A stretch of DNA of 28,062 nt from Candidatus Heimdallarchaeota archaeon. GTDB taxonomy: Archaea; Asgardarchaeota; Heimdallarchaeia; Heimdallarchaeales; Heimdallarchaeaceae. The translations under genes were made by a program, and so were the position numbers. This document shows positions 14,503-24,061 of the stretch, in pieces. Below the pieces are notes generated by a model. It saw only the letters and a list, made by a program, of their open reading frames with translations. It searched no databases and had not been told where the DNA came from. Where the stretch lies: assembly GCA_018238545.1 (NCBI GenBank), contig JABCTC010000041.1, positions 1-28,062 of the forward strand. Reading direction: 5' to 3'. Each line of letters starts with the position of its first letter. The first letter of the stretch is position 1.

Positions 14503-14669
14503 ATTGCTCTATTTGGTTTTTAATGCAATTTTTTAAACATAAAGCAAACCTGTGAAAAAATACTATTTTAGATAGCTTCCAAGAAGGATGTCCTTCCGAA
14601 AAGGTAACCTTGATGCAAAGTAACAAAATTGGAGAAGAAGTTAAATAATTCGGCCCAAGTATAAGAACG

Positions 14670-14951
14670 ATGGAAAAAGAGATTCAACATCTCCTATCAC
14701 TTCTAGATGAAGCTGCAGATGAAATGATGTCGTATGAAAATGCATCCACATTTTCCTATTTTGATACTTGTGAAGATGTAGGATCGTTTATTCAAAAGGT
14801 AGCTAACAAAGTAAGAAATGGAGAATTAGATGAAATTTCTAAACTGTGGTACGTTTTTGCTCCAACAGGTGTTTGGGATGATTCTGGTGGATCTCAAGAG
14901 ATAGCTAATGAGATATTTGTAGTTTTAAACGAGAAGTATAGACCAGATTAA
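14670..14951 (+). CDS. Hypothetical acidic protein
   Basis: 93 aa helical-looking ORF containing FAPTGVWDD; no family confidently recognised. Confidence 0.7.
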   Translation: MEKEIQHLLSLLDEAADEMMSYENASTFSYFDTCEDVGSFIQKVANKVRNGELDEISKLWYVFAPTGVWDDSGGSQEIANEIFVVLNEKYRPD

Positions 14952-15022
14952 GAACAGAAGATATTTTCACGTAAATGAGAATTAAGGTTAATTAATATAG
15001 TATGATACATCATATCATTTTG

Positions 15023-15640
15023 ATGAGTGTAGAAGATTTTGTTTTGATTTCAGCAATTTTGGCTATATTTGCATTATTGGGTGATTTCATAATAACATTC
15101 ATCTTAGGATATTTCCAAGACAATTATAGTCATATTGAAGACACTATGAGTGAGTTAGGAAATAAAGAAAGTAGATTCAAAACCATCCTATCAATCTGGT
15201 GGTTTATATGGGGGGGGTCTTTAATGATTTTCAGTATCGGTTTTATCATTCATGCTTACAATTCCGTTATAAGTGGGCATGTTATAGCTGCTGCAATATT
15301 AATCTTTATTTTTGGTTTTGGAGCGGGTATTGTAGCTGGTTTATTCCCAGAAGACCCTAAAGGGGAAGAAGAAAGCGTTTCAGGGAAAATTCACGGAATA
15401 TTTGGTGGTTTGGGATATTTAGCCCTATTAGCTATACCTAGTATTTTAGCAAATATAAGTGGAGAGTGGTTTCTAGCAATTTCAATAGTAGTTCAGATTT
15501 TGGGTGTTGGTTCCTTTACTCTATTTTTACTTTCAAAAAACCCAAAAATTGGCAAGTCTGGTCTATGGCAGCGATTATTCTTATTCAATTATTATGTGTA
15601 TATGATAATAATAGCTGTTATCATGATAGTTTATCCATAA
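15023..15640 (+). CDS. DUF998-family membrane protein
   Basis: YSHIEDTMSELG, FPED, GKIHG and GLWQRL motifs; about 6 TM helices. Alternative start 15002, but TATA-like 14988-14999 favours 15023. Confidence 0.8.
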   Translation: MSVEDFVLISAILAIFALLGDFIITFILGYFQDNYSHIEDTMSELGNKESRFKTILSIWWFIWGGSLMIFSIGFIIHAYNSVISGHVIAAAILIFIFGFGAGIVAGLFPEDPKGEEESVSGKIHGIFGGLGYLALLAIPSILANISGEWFLAISIVVQILGVGSFTLFLLSKNPKIGKSGLWQRLFLFNYYVYMIIIAVIMIVYP

Positions 15641-15915
15641 ACTGTTGAGGATTGGAACAGTCGTCAATACTTTTACGTCCCCGGTAAAACTCCAGCACCG
15701 GACCCATAGCTAGACATTTGCTTGTTTTGCCTAGTTAATTGCTTGATTTTATCTGTTTTTGTTTAACTAGAGCTTATGTGTTGTTTTTACAACAGGCGAT
15801 AGAAAGAGAAGTATCCACAGTACGAGAGCAACGGGCGTTCACTCTATTTTTTTCTTGTTCAAAGAATTATTTTAAATAATCTGTATCACCATTTCTCAAG
15901 CAGTAGTGTGGTTGT

Positions 15916-16458
15916 ATGGATAATAAAACTTACGAAGATAAAATTATAGAAAGACGAATAAGATACGATAAAGCCTTCAAGAATTCTCCTCATTCTCCTT
16001 TACTAGAGGAGCAGAAAGAGAATTTCAAAGAGATGTCACATTTTCCCATAGATGAAAAATATAGAGTAGTTGCTAAATTTGAAGAAAATAGCAATCATGA
16101 GGAAATTGCAATTTTAACATCAATGGGTGACGAAAGGAAGTACTTCCGTTATGGTTCCTTTGAATTTGAATTTGATGGAGTGAAAAACAGATTGACAGTT
16201 TTTAGGCCTATAGATGGTGATTACTTCTTCTTACCTTTCAAAGATAAAACTACAGGAGAAGAATCTTACAAAGAGGGAAGATATGTTGAACTAGAGAAAC
16301 TTTCTCATGGTGAAATAATAGTTGATTTCAATACAGCCTACAACCCATTGTGTGCATACAATGATACAACAAACTGTACAAAAGTACCTGCAGAAAATAT
16401 TTTTGAAATAGCAATACCTGCAGGACAAAAAAAATTCAATAATTACATGAAATCTTAG
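15916..16458 (+). CDS. DUF1684-family protein
   Basis: SPL, FLPFKDKTTGEESY..GRY and DFNTAYNPLCAYN..C..VP.EN..I.AG motifs. Confidence 0.88.
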   Translation: MDNKTYEDKIIERRIRYDKAFKNSPHSPLLEEQKENFKEMSHFPIDEKYRVVAKFEENSNHEEIAILTSMGDERKYFRYGSFEFEFDGVKNRLTVFRPIDGDYFFLPFKDKTTGEESYKEGRYVELEKLSHGEIIVDFNTAYNPLCAYNDTTNCTKVPAENIFEIAIPAGQKKFNNYMKS

Positions 16459-16587
16459 TTGTTACAACAATTTGTCAGTGTTAAATCAGTATCATATTCC
16501 CAGAATATTTTTATTTGCTGTTTTATACGAAACAATTAAGTGTACGATAAATAGTAAAAGGTATCCATATAATTAGGAAGTAGGCTT

Positions 16588-17592
16588 ATGGACATATATG
16601 TCATAGATATTGAAACAACAGGACTAGATGGTTGGCAGAAAGATCACATTGTCGAAATATCTATCATGAAAGCTAATTTAACAAAGCAAAAGATAGATCA
16701 GGTTTACCATTCTTTAGTTCACTATGATACAACTAAATGGGACGAAAAAACCAAAAATGCTTGGATTTTTGAAAAAGGCATCATTAAGCTTGATGAGATC
16801 CAGAGTGCTAAGAAAGATATTCTGGAAGTTTCCAACGAAGTTAGAAAGATATTAACGGGGAAGTTTATCTCTGCTTACAATAACGGTTTTGATTTTACTA
16901 AATTCCTTCTTCATGAGCCTTGGAACATTAATCCAGAAACATGTAAGATTAGAATTGCTCCTTGTATCATGCTCGCAACAACTGATTACATCAAAATACC
17001 TACAAAGTACAAGAAACGAAAACTAGTAAATTTATCAGAAGCTAGAAAACATCTTCTAAACGAAAATACAACTAGCATAATAAATAACAAAGAAATTGAA
17101 AAGATTGTAAGAGAGTATGGAGTACATAGAGCAAATTGTGATGCTTTTTATTCAGCTTGCGTACTTCTAGAGTTGTACAAAAGGAAGAAGTATCGAGTTT
17201 ACCCCAAAATCTATTACGCTCATTCTATGCAAATATACAAATCAAAACAAGAGAGAAAGGAAATAAAAATTATCAAAAAAATCTTTCCAAAGGCAGAAAT
17301 TGTCAATCCTGCAAAATATGAGAAAAAATGGAAAAATCTTTCTGGTAAGGAAGTTATGACAAAATGCCTTAATCTAATTAGTAATAGTGACATGGTCATT
17401 TTTTCCGCAATAAAGCAAGACAACAGGGATTTTGTTGGGAGAGGAGTTTACGTAGAGGTAAAATTCGCAGAGGAAATTGAAAAAGACACATATTTTTTGC
17501 ATGAAACACTAGAAAGTGATTTCTCATTAGAGATCTACAATGACGATGATTGGAACATTAGATTCAGTATCGTTAAAATAAAAGAACGATGA
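16588..17592 (+). CDS. DEDDh 3'-5' exonuclease fused to C-terminal nucleoside 2-deoxyribosyltransferase (NDT)-like domain
   Basis: ExoI DIETTG (D7, E9), ExoII YN..FD (D102), ExoIII HRANCD (H180, D185). Residues about 206-305 follow the NDT pattern: KIYYAH..NP..I..SD.VIF..G.GV..E..A. Confidence 0.8.
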   Translation: MDIYVIDIETTGLDGWQKDHIVEISIMKANLTKQKIDQVYHSLVHYDTTKWDEKTKNAWIFEKGIIKLDEIQSAKKDILEVSNEVRKILTGKFISAYNNGFDFTKFLLHEPWNINPETCKIRIAPCIMLATTDYIKIPTKYKKRKLVNLSEARKHLLNENTTSIINNKEIEKIVREYGVHRANCDAFYSACVLLELYKRKKYRVYPKIYYAHSMQIYKSKQERKEIKIIKKIFPKAEIVNPAKYEKKWKNLSGKEVMTKCLNLISNSDMVIFSAIKQDNRDFVGRGVYVEVKFAEEIEKDTYFLHETLESDFSLEIYNDDDWNIRFSIVKIKER

Positions 17593-17673
17593 AGTATTCT
17601 ATTTAATGATTAAAAGAATCTTTGTCAAACTGTGCAGAAATAATTTATTAATAGGAAATCAAACCTATACATA

Positions 17674-18315
17674 ATGTGGGAAAATATTAGCAAGAGCAAC
17701 GTGATTATTTCAGAGATCATATGCAAATTACGAGATAAGAACACAGTTCCAACAGACTTTAGATTAAACCTAAGAAGATTAGGTAATTTCTTGGCTTTTG
17801 AAGCTGCAAAACATCTGGACTCTAAGACTAGTAGTGTTCAAACTCCTTTAGGTAAAGCAAAATATGAAAAAATAGTCGACAATATTGTCATCATTTCTAT
17901 TTTAAGAGCAGCTTTACCAATGTCTGATGGAGTTCTTGAAACGCTCCCAGATGCTTCTTTGGGAGTAATATCAGCTTCAAGAGGAAAAAAACTTCTGGAT
18001 GATGGAAAAGATTTCAGGATAGATTGTACTTATACAAATATACCTTACTTAGAAGATAGCATTGTGATTATAGTAGACCCGATGCTCGCAAGCGGATCTA
18101 CTCTACTTTTCTTACTTAAACAAATTGAGAATCAAAAACCTAAGAAAATCATTATTCTTTGTGCAATAGCATCACAATATGGTATAGAAAGAATAGAGAA
18201 ACACAATTCTGATGTCATTATAATTGCAGGAGATGTTGACTCGATTCTCAATGAAAAAGGATATATTATTCCTGGACTCGGTGATGCAGGCGATAGGGCT
18301 TTCAACACTTCATAA
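17674..18315 (+). CDS. upp: Uracil phosphoribosyltransferase
   Basis: LRD..FR, VQTPL, ILRAA, PRPP loop VDPMLASGST, uracil loop GYIIPGLGDAGDR. Confidence 0.95.
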   Translation: MWENISKSNVIISEIICKLRDKNTVPTDFRLNLRRLGNFLAFEAAKHLDSKTSSVQTPLGKAKYEKIVDNIVIISILRAALPMSDGVLETLPDASLGVISASRGKKLLDDGKDFRIDCTYTNIPYLEDSIVIIVDPMLASGSTLLFLLKQIENQKPKKIIILCAIASQYGIERIEKHNSDVIIIAGDVDSILNEKGYIIPGLGDAGDRAFNTS

Positions 18316-18346
18316 CTTTAACTATCAATCTGTCAGTTTTGTACAG

Positions 18347-18366
18347 TTTTTTTTATTGATTTTTTC
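18347..18366 (+). terminator. Oligo-T terminator after upp
   Basis: Two consecutive T runs. Confidence 0.55.
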
Positions 18367-18430
18367 CACTTAATTTACTCTTTTCTTAGGAATTACAATC
18401 TTTATAAATACTCTTTGATACCCGAACTGC

Positions 18431-20248
18431 ATGAAGGTTCCACTTCAAAAATATTGGGAAGTACAAAAGAAGTACTTAGCACCTTTCAAAGGAAAGCTTG
18501 TGCTATTGGCAATCCTATTGATTAGTGGAACCGCGTTGCAAATTTTCACTCCTTTGGTAATTGAAAGTTATATCGATTTAGCAACTCAAGAAACAGTGAA
18601 CCAGAGTCTTAGTTCATTCCTCAACACCATTGGGATTCCAGTGCCGAATGTGGAAAACATTTTGGCAACGCTCATATTATTAGCATCAATCTATACTGTC
18701 CTAATGCTTATTCAGCAAGCTATATCCTTAGGGTCTGTTTACGTTAATCAGAACCTTTCATGGTCTGCAACAAATAAACTTCGTAATGATTTAACTCAAC
18801 ATTGCGTAGACCTTGATATGACTTTTCACAATGAACACAAACCTGGAGAGATGATAGAAAGAATTGATGGTGATGTAAACACTTTAGCACAGTTTCTTTC
18901 AACATTTTCAATGCAGCTTCTGACATCCCTTTTACTCATTGTTGGTATTCTAATCACTTTCTTTACAAAACATTGGATACTAGGTGTAGCTTTCACAGCC
19001 TTCACCCTCTTAGCAATTATCATCATGTATATCTTGAGGAATTTCTCGGTTAAAGCATGGGAGAAACAAAGACAAACAAGTGCGGATATGTATGGTACAA
19101 TAGAAGAAAGTCTAAGTGCTATAGAAGACATAAGAGCTAATGGTGGTGTCAGAAATGCAATGCGTAAGTTTTTCGATTACTCAAGGAAGGACTTCAAAGC
19201 TTGGAAAAAAGCTCTAGTCAGAGGGCAATTATTCGTGATGTCAATTTGGGGTGTCATTGCAATAATCAACACATTGGTTTTTGCTCCTAGTATCCCTCTA
19301 TTAGAAAACAATGTTATATCACTGGGCACAGTGTTCTTGATTCAGATCTACGCAGGTCTTTTGCTGAGACCAATACTTATTATTACACGGCAGATGCAAG
19401 ACCTCCAACGAGCAGGTGCTTCAATAGATAGAATTAACAATTTATTTGATACGAAGAAAAAAATATTAGATACAGGAATAGAGAAACTTCCATCTGGACC
19501 ATTGGAAATTGAATTCAACAAGTTGAATTTCGCTTACAATAAAGACACTTATGTACTCAATGATATCTCGTTCAAACTTTATCCCGGAAAAACACTTGGG
19601 ATTCTTGGTCATACAGGGAGTGGTAAAACCACCATTTCCAGGTTATTATTCCGTTTATATGATTCTAAACCAGATGACGGTGAGATTTTAATAAACAACA
19701 TTAAAATTAGAGATATACAACTAGGAAATTTGAGAGACAAAATCTCTTATGTAACTCAGAGTGTAGAATTATTTCAAGCATCTGTAAGGGAAAATGTTAC
19801 ATTATTTGATGCCCGGGTTTCAGATGAGAAAATTATATCCATACTAAATGACATTGGTTTGGATGATTGGTTTTCAAAACTCCCAGAAGGGTTAGATACA
19901 ATCATCTCATCTAGTGAACATGGTATATCTGCAGGAGAAGCACAATTGCTTGCTTTAGCTCGTGTTTTCATTAAAAGCCCTAACTTGGTTGTTCTAGATG
20001 AAGCGTCATCTAGATTAGATCCCGTCACTGAAAATCTACTAGATACTGCAATTGAAAAACTCTTGATAAACAGAACTGGAATAATTATTGCACATCGATT
20101 AGCTACTGTGGAGAAGGTTGATGATATTCTAATTATTGACAAAGGAAACATAGTGGAATACGGTAGAAGAGAAGACCTAGCGAATAATCTTGATTCACAA
20201 TTTTACCATCTCCTACAGACTGGAGAAATAGAGGAGTTGTTAAAATGA
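18431..20248 (+). CDS. ABC exporter, fused TMD-NBD, subunit 1 of heterodimer
   Basis: 6-TM domain; Walker A GHTGSGKT; signature ISAGEAQ; Walker B VVLDE; AHR. TATA TTTATAAA at 18401-18408. Confidence 0.93.
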   Translation: MKVPLQKYWEVQKKYLAPFKGKLVLLAILLISGTALQIFTPLVIESYIDLATQETVNQSLSSFLNTIGIPVPNVENILATLILLASIYTVLMLIQQAISLGSVYVNQNLSWSATNKLRNDLTQHCVDLDMTFHNEHKPGEMIERIDGDVNTLAQFLSTFSMQLLTSLLLIVGILITFFTKHWILGVAFTAFTLLAIIIMYILRNFSVKAWEKQRQTSADMYGTIEESLSAIEDIRANGGVRNAMRKFFDYSRKDFKAWKKALVRGQLFVMSIWGVIAIINTLVFAPSIPLLENNVISLGTVFLIQIYAGLLLRPILIITRQMQDLQRAGASIDRINNLFDTKKKILDTGIEKLPSGPLEIEFNKLNFAYNKDTYVLNDISFKLYPGKTLGILGHTGSGKTTISRLLFRLYDSKPDDGEILINNIKIRDIQLGNLRDKISYVTQSVELFQASVRENVTLFDARVSDEKIISILNDIGLDDWFSKLPEGLDTIISSSEHGISAGEAQLLALARVFIKSPNLVVLDEASSRLDPVTENLLDTAIEKLLINRTGIIIAHRLATVEKVDDILIIDKGNIVEYGRREDLANNLDSQFYHLLQTGEIEELLK

Positions 20249-22059
20249 AAGTTATGCGGATATCTTGGGAGATGTTAAAGTATAAACCAGGATTGGTAAT
20301 TGGAGGTCTCCTATCGGATATCATGTTCTTCCTCCAACCGCTCTTAGCTAGTCTAATTGTTCGTGAAATCTTTAACCAGCTTCAAGGAACTGCAGGATGG
20401 GACATAAGTATCAATATCTGGATTCTTGTACTCTTAGTGCTTCCATTGACCTTGTCCATGAGACTAATTGGAGATTTTGTCTTCGTCTTTACGATGTGGG
20501 TATTCATTCTAATGGGTAGGATACTGCTCAGGAAGAATATGATGGATGGAATCTTCAAAAAACCAGGAGCAGTAGCGCTACCAGATTCCTCGGGTGAAGC
20601 AGTTTCACGGTTCAGAGGAGATGTAGAAGAAACCATGTGGTATGTCTATCATCTTACATCACTCATAAGTTTAGGAATATTCACAGGTGTATCATTTTTC
20701 ATTATGCAAAGCATTAACTTGGAGATTACTCTTTACGTTAGCATTCCTCTTGCAGTTATGATGGTACTTATATTCTTTACACGCCCTATTTTTACAAAAT
20801 TACGATTACAACGTAGAAAGGCAGCAGGAGCTGTGACGAGAACTATAGGTGAAATTTTCAGATCCGTACAATCTATCAAGGTAGCAACAGCTGAAGACAA
20901 TGTGTTAGAGTACTTTGGAGAGATTAACGATAAACGACGTATAGCTGAAGTGAAAGATGAATTCTTTCATAGACTCCTACATTCGATATATTATTCAACC
21001 ATCTATCTTGGTATAGGAATTATTCTCTTACTAGTTGGAAGTAATCTTCAGAATAGTATATTTTCAGTTGGGGACCTAGCTTTCTTTGTAGGTATTCTTG
21101 GAGAGCTGGGTGAGTTCATCTGGAATATGGGAGATATGGTACCACGTTATGTTCGCACAAAGGTATCTCTAGGTAGAATGTTCAAGCTCATTAAGAGTGA
21201 TGATGAATATGTTACAGAATTAAACCTTGCAAAACATGGTGATATATACGTTAAGGAACCATTTCCTCTAATTCAAATGTTAAGTATAGAGGACAAAGAT
21301 AGGCTCAGCAAATTCGAAGCAAGAGGTTTAACATATACATATCCTGATTCAAACAAAGGAATCAACAACATTAATTTTACTATCAATAAAGGTACTTTAA
21401 CTGTTATAACAGGAAGAATTGGTTCAGGAAAGACAACGCTTCTACGTACCATTCTTGGATTACTACCTAATGATGATGGAGGTCTTTATTGGAATGGCGA
21501 GTTAGTTGAGAAACCTGAGGACTTTTTTGTTCCACCAAGAACAGCATATACGTCACAAGTTCCTAGATTGTTTAGTGAAACAATCAAAGATAATATTCTA
21601 ATGGGATTACCAGAAGAATCGATAGATGTAGAAGAAGCACTCAATTTAGCAGTAATTAGTAAAGAAGTTGAAGAGCTTGATGATGGTTTAGATACTTTGA
21701 TTGGTCCAAAAGGAGTAAAACTATCTGGAGGGCAAAGACAACGTTTAGCTGCAGCTAGAATGTTTGCTCGAAAATCTGAGATACAAATTTTCGATGACTT
21801 GTCGAGTGCTCTTGATGTTGAAACTGAACAACTCTTGTGGAAAAGAGTCTTTGCTAGAGAAGGTTCTACTTGTCTAGCAGTATCTCATCGTCCAATTGCT
21901 TTGAGACGAGCAGACAATATTATCGTAATTCAAGAAGGTAAAATCGTAGGTCAAGGAAAATTGGAATATCTACTTGATACTTGTGATGAGATGAAAAGAT
22001 TGTGGGAAGAAAAAATAATGGGTGGGACTCAACCAGCAGCTTCTAACCAATCAAATTAA
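20245..22059 (+). CDS. ABC exporter, fused TMD-NBD, subunit 2 of heterodimer
   Basis: 6-TM domain; GRIGSGKT; LSGGQRQ; degenerate Walker B IFDD; SHR. Overlaps subunit 1 by 4 nt; GAGGAG RBS. Confidence 0.93.
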   Translation: MKVMRISWEMLKYKPGLVIGGLLSDIMFFLQPLLASLIVREIFNQLQGTAGWDISINIWILVLLVLPLTLSMRLIGDFVFVFTMWVFILMGRILLRKNMMDGIFKKPGAVALPDSSGEAVSRFRGDVEETMWYVYHLTSLISLGIFTGVSFFIMQSINLEITLYVSIPLAVMMVLIFFTRPIFTKLRLQRRKAAGAVTRTIGEIFRSVQSIKVATAEDNVLEYFGEINDKRRIAEVKDEFFHRLLHSIYYSTIYLGIGIILLLVGSNLQNSIFSVGDLAFFVGILGELGEFIWNMGDMVPRYVRTKVSLGRMFKLIKSDDEYVTELNLAKHGDIYVKEPFPLIQMLSIEDKDRLSKFEARGLTYTYPDSNKGINNINFTINKGTLTVITGRIGSGKTTLLRTILGLLPNDDGGLYWNGELVEKPEDFFVPPRTAYTSQVPRLFSETIKDNILMGLPEESIDVEEALNLAVISKEVEELDDGLDTLIGPKGVKLSGGQRQRLAAARMFARKSEIQIFDDLSSALDVETEQLLWKRVFAREGSTCLAVSHRPIALRRADNIIVIQEGKIVGQGKLEYLLDTCDEMKRLWEEKIMGGTQPAASNQSN

Positions 22060-22087
22060 TAAAAAATAAGAGTAAGAAGAGCGCTCA

Positions 22088-23908
22088 TCACAAACGTCTT
22101 TTGAAAAAATCTAATTGTGCAGTAAAGGACCGAATTCGGAATTCTTGATCAGATGATCCACCGTGACCAATGTCTGAGTACTCAATGTATTCAAACGTTC
22201 TATCTCCTTCTTTCCCATCTCTCCACCCAAATTTTAACAACTCATCTCGAAAGATTCTAGATTGTTCAACAGAACATCTTGGGTCATGAGTACCATGAGT
22301 AATTAATAATGGTGCTTTGAGGTTCTTAGCAAGATGTATGGGGGATCTTTCATGGTATAACTTCTTATTTTCATCTGGTTTTCCAAACAATGTATGTTGG
22401 TAATGTTTGAAATGGGGCATACTACTTTCATATAGTTTCATCCAATCTGTAATCCCAACACTCGCAGCACCTGCTTTCCATAGTTCTGACCGTTTAACTG
22501 TTGCCCAGAATGTCATATATCCACCATATGATGCACCAAAAATACCTATTCTTTCTGAATCCACATAATCCAGAGTCTTAAGATAGTCGACACCCGCTAA
22601 TACATCTTCTAAATCCCCCCCACCAATATCAAGTATATTCATATCTTGAAAATCTCTACCGTAGCCTGTTGACCCCCTAAAATTTGGTTTGAAAACAATA
22701 AAACCATTGCTTGTTAGAATTTGGTCAAACATACTGAAGTTCCTGAAATATTGACCGGTTGGTCCGCCATGAACTTGAAGAAGAACAGGATATTTCTTAC
22801 CAGGTTCAAGATTTTTAGGTTTGGATATTATCGCCCCAATGGTCAAGTTGTCTGTAGATGGGTATTCAATATATTTGTCACTTACAAGGAGACTAGAATC
22901 AAGACCCTTCAACTCAACAGGAATTAATTCCTCGACATCACCATTTTCCAAATCGTATTTAACAAGAGAACTTGGGTTTTTTGATGAATTAACGGTAACA
23001 ATAAGATGAGAACTGTCTTTAGTTAGTTCAGTACCGTGAACAACACCTGGAGGAAAGTCTACTTTTTTCTCCTCTTTGGTTTCAATATTGTAGATGATGG
23101 GAACGATTGTAGCTTTATGATTTCGTAAACAAACCAAATATTTTCCATCAGGGGATATCGCGGATGCTACTTCATCATATTTGCCATCACTCAACCACTC
23201 TATTTCCTTGGTATCAAAATCATACACTCCTGCTTTAGAAACTCCCTCATAATCTGAAGTGATAGCAACAAACTTTCCATCTTTTGAGATACCTGCAACA
23301 CCTTCTTGAGAACCATCCTTCATACTTATTAGTTTCTTCTTTTCTGAACCATCAATATTCATAATCCAGACATCTATATTTTGCAAATTTTCCAGATCAT
23401 TATAACCAAATAAAATATAATCATTTGTTGGACTCCACTTTGCGCCCATCACAGGTCTAGTAAAATTGGTTAATTCAGTTGTTTCTCTATTTTCAAGATT
23501 CAATGAAAAAATGTTCATTTGACCATTTCTTGTTGATAGAAATAGCATGGTTTTCGTATCAGGACTAACATCCCACACATGTTCTTGGAATAGTGGTGTA
23601 TTTGTTAATTGAATAATAGCCTTCGATTGTGTATCTAACATGTATAAATCATGTTGTTCATTGCCGTCTTTATCCTTAGCAAAAATAATGTTTTTGTTAT
23701 CTTTTGACCAGATGAAACCAGATCTTAAAGCTCGAGGAACCTCACCATCACTGATTTGCTCATATTCTTTAGACTCTAAATCCATTAGATATAATTCCAA
23801 TCTTCCTGTTCTATCCCAGTAGAAAGCAATTTTATCTTTTGATGGACTTAATTTAACGTTGTAAAATTGAGGAATACGAGCTAATTTTTCTATTAACTCA
23901 TGAGACAT
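22088..23908 (-). CDS. S9 family peptidase (acylaminoacyl-/dipeptidyl-peptidase-like)
   Basis: Beta-propeller repeats (SPD/SKD), HGGP, NFRGSTGYG, nucleophile GASYGG, D in HDPRC, H in GHG. Start 23908 (MSHEL) preferred; 23947 is possible. Confidence 0.92.
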   Translation of the reverse strand: MSHELIEKLARIPQFYNVKLSPSKDKIAFYWDRTGRLELYLMDLESKEYEQISDGEVPRALRSGFIWSKDNKNIIFAKDKDGNEQHDLYMLDTQSKAIIQLTNTPLFQEHVWDVSPDTKTMLFLSTRNGQMNIFSLNLENRETTELTNFTRPVMGAKWSPTNDYILFGYNDLENLQNIDVWIMNIDGSEKKKLISMKDGSQEGVAGISKDGKFVAITSDYEGVSKAGVYDFDTKEIEWLSDGKYDEVASAISPDGKYLVCLRNHKATIVPIIYNIETKEEKKVDFPPGVVHGTELTKDSSHLIVTVNSSKNPSSLVKYDLENGDVEELIPVELKGLDSSLLVSDKYIEYPSTDNLTIGAIISKPKNLEPGKKYPVLLQVHGGPTGQYFRNFSMFDQILTSNGFIVFKPNFRGSTGYGRDFQDMNILDIGGGDLEDVLAGVDYLKTLDYVDSERIGIFGASYGGYMTFWATVKRSELWKAGAASVGITDWMKLYESSMPHFKHYQHTLFGKPDENKKLYHERSPIHLAKNLKAPLLITHGTHDPRCSVEQSRIFRDELLKFGWRDGKEGDRTFEYIEYSDIGHGGSSDQEFRIRSFTAQLDFFKRRL

Positions 23909-23990
23909 GGATAAGGTAAAATCATCATTTTTGAAAAGAGTTGTCATATCACGATTAATATCAAAATACGATATAAAAACACAAACTGAT

Positions 23991-24005
23991 ATCACAAGTT
24001 GTGAT
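23991..24005. promoter_or_regulatory. Perfect 7-1-7 palindrome, putative operator
   Basis: ATCACAA-G-TTGTGAT immediately upstream of TTTAAATA (24013-24020), between divergent genes. Confidence 0.45.
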
Positions 24006-24061
24006 TTTTCTTTTTAAATAGGAAGAGGTATATGTAACTTAGAAAAACTTGGTGATTAAAT

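Noticed and set aside
14523-14648. ATG-initiated frame with a single in-frame TGA (possible selenoprotein or readthrough)
   Set aside because: Only about 41 codons, no redox motif or SECIS-like element seen, and TGA is clearly used as a stop in several genes here.
15686-15706. AAACTCCAGCACCGGACCCA resembling a tRNA 3' end (att site)
   Set aside because: No TTC T-loop or cloverleaf, and no match to the tRNA-Ser in this window.
15641-15709. 22 open codons in frame after the DUF998 TAA stop
   Set aside because: The DUF998 protein is already complete at the stop, and this length is compatible with chance.
13447-18315. Run of same-strand stand-alone genes as a possible integron cassette array
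   Set aside because: No RYYYAAC...GTTRRRY attC pairs or shared repeat found between genes, no integrase in the window, and several genes have their own TATA boxes.
16470-18346. TGTCA...CAG motif shortly after three consecutive stop codons (about 16473, 17623, 18331)
   Set aside because: Short, with variable spacing (9, 7 and 8 nt); not distinguishable from chance by eye.
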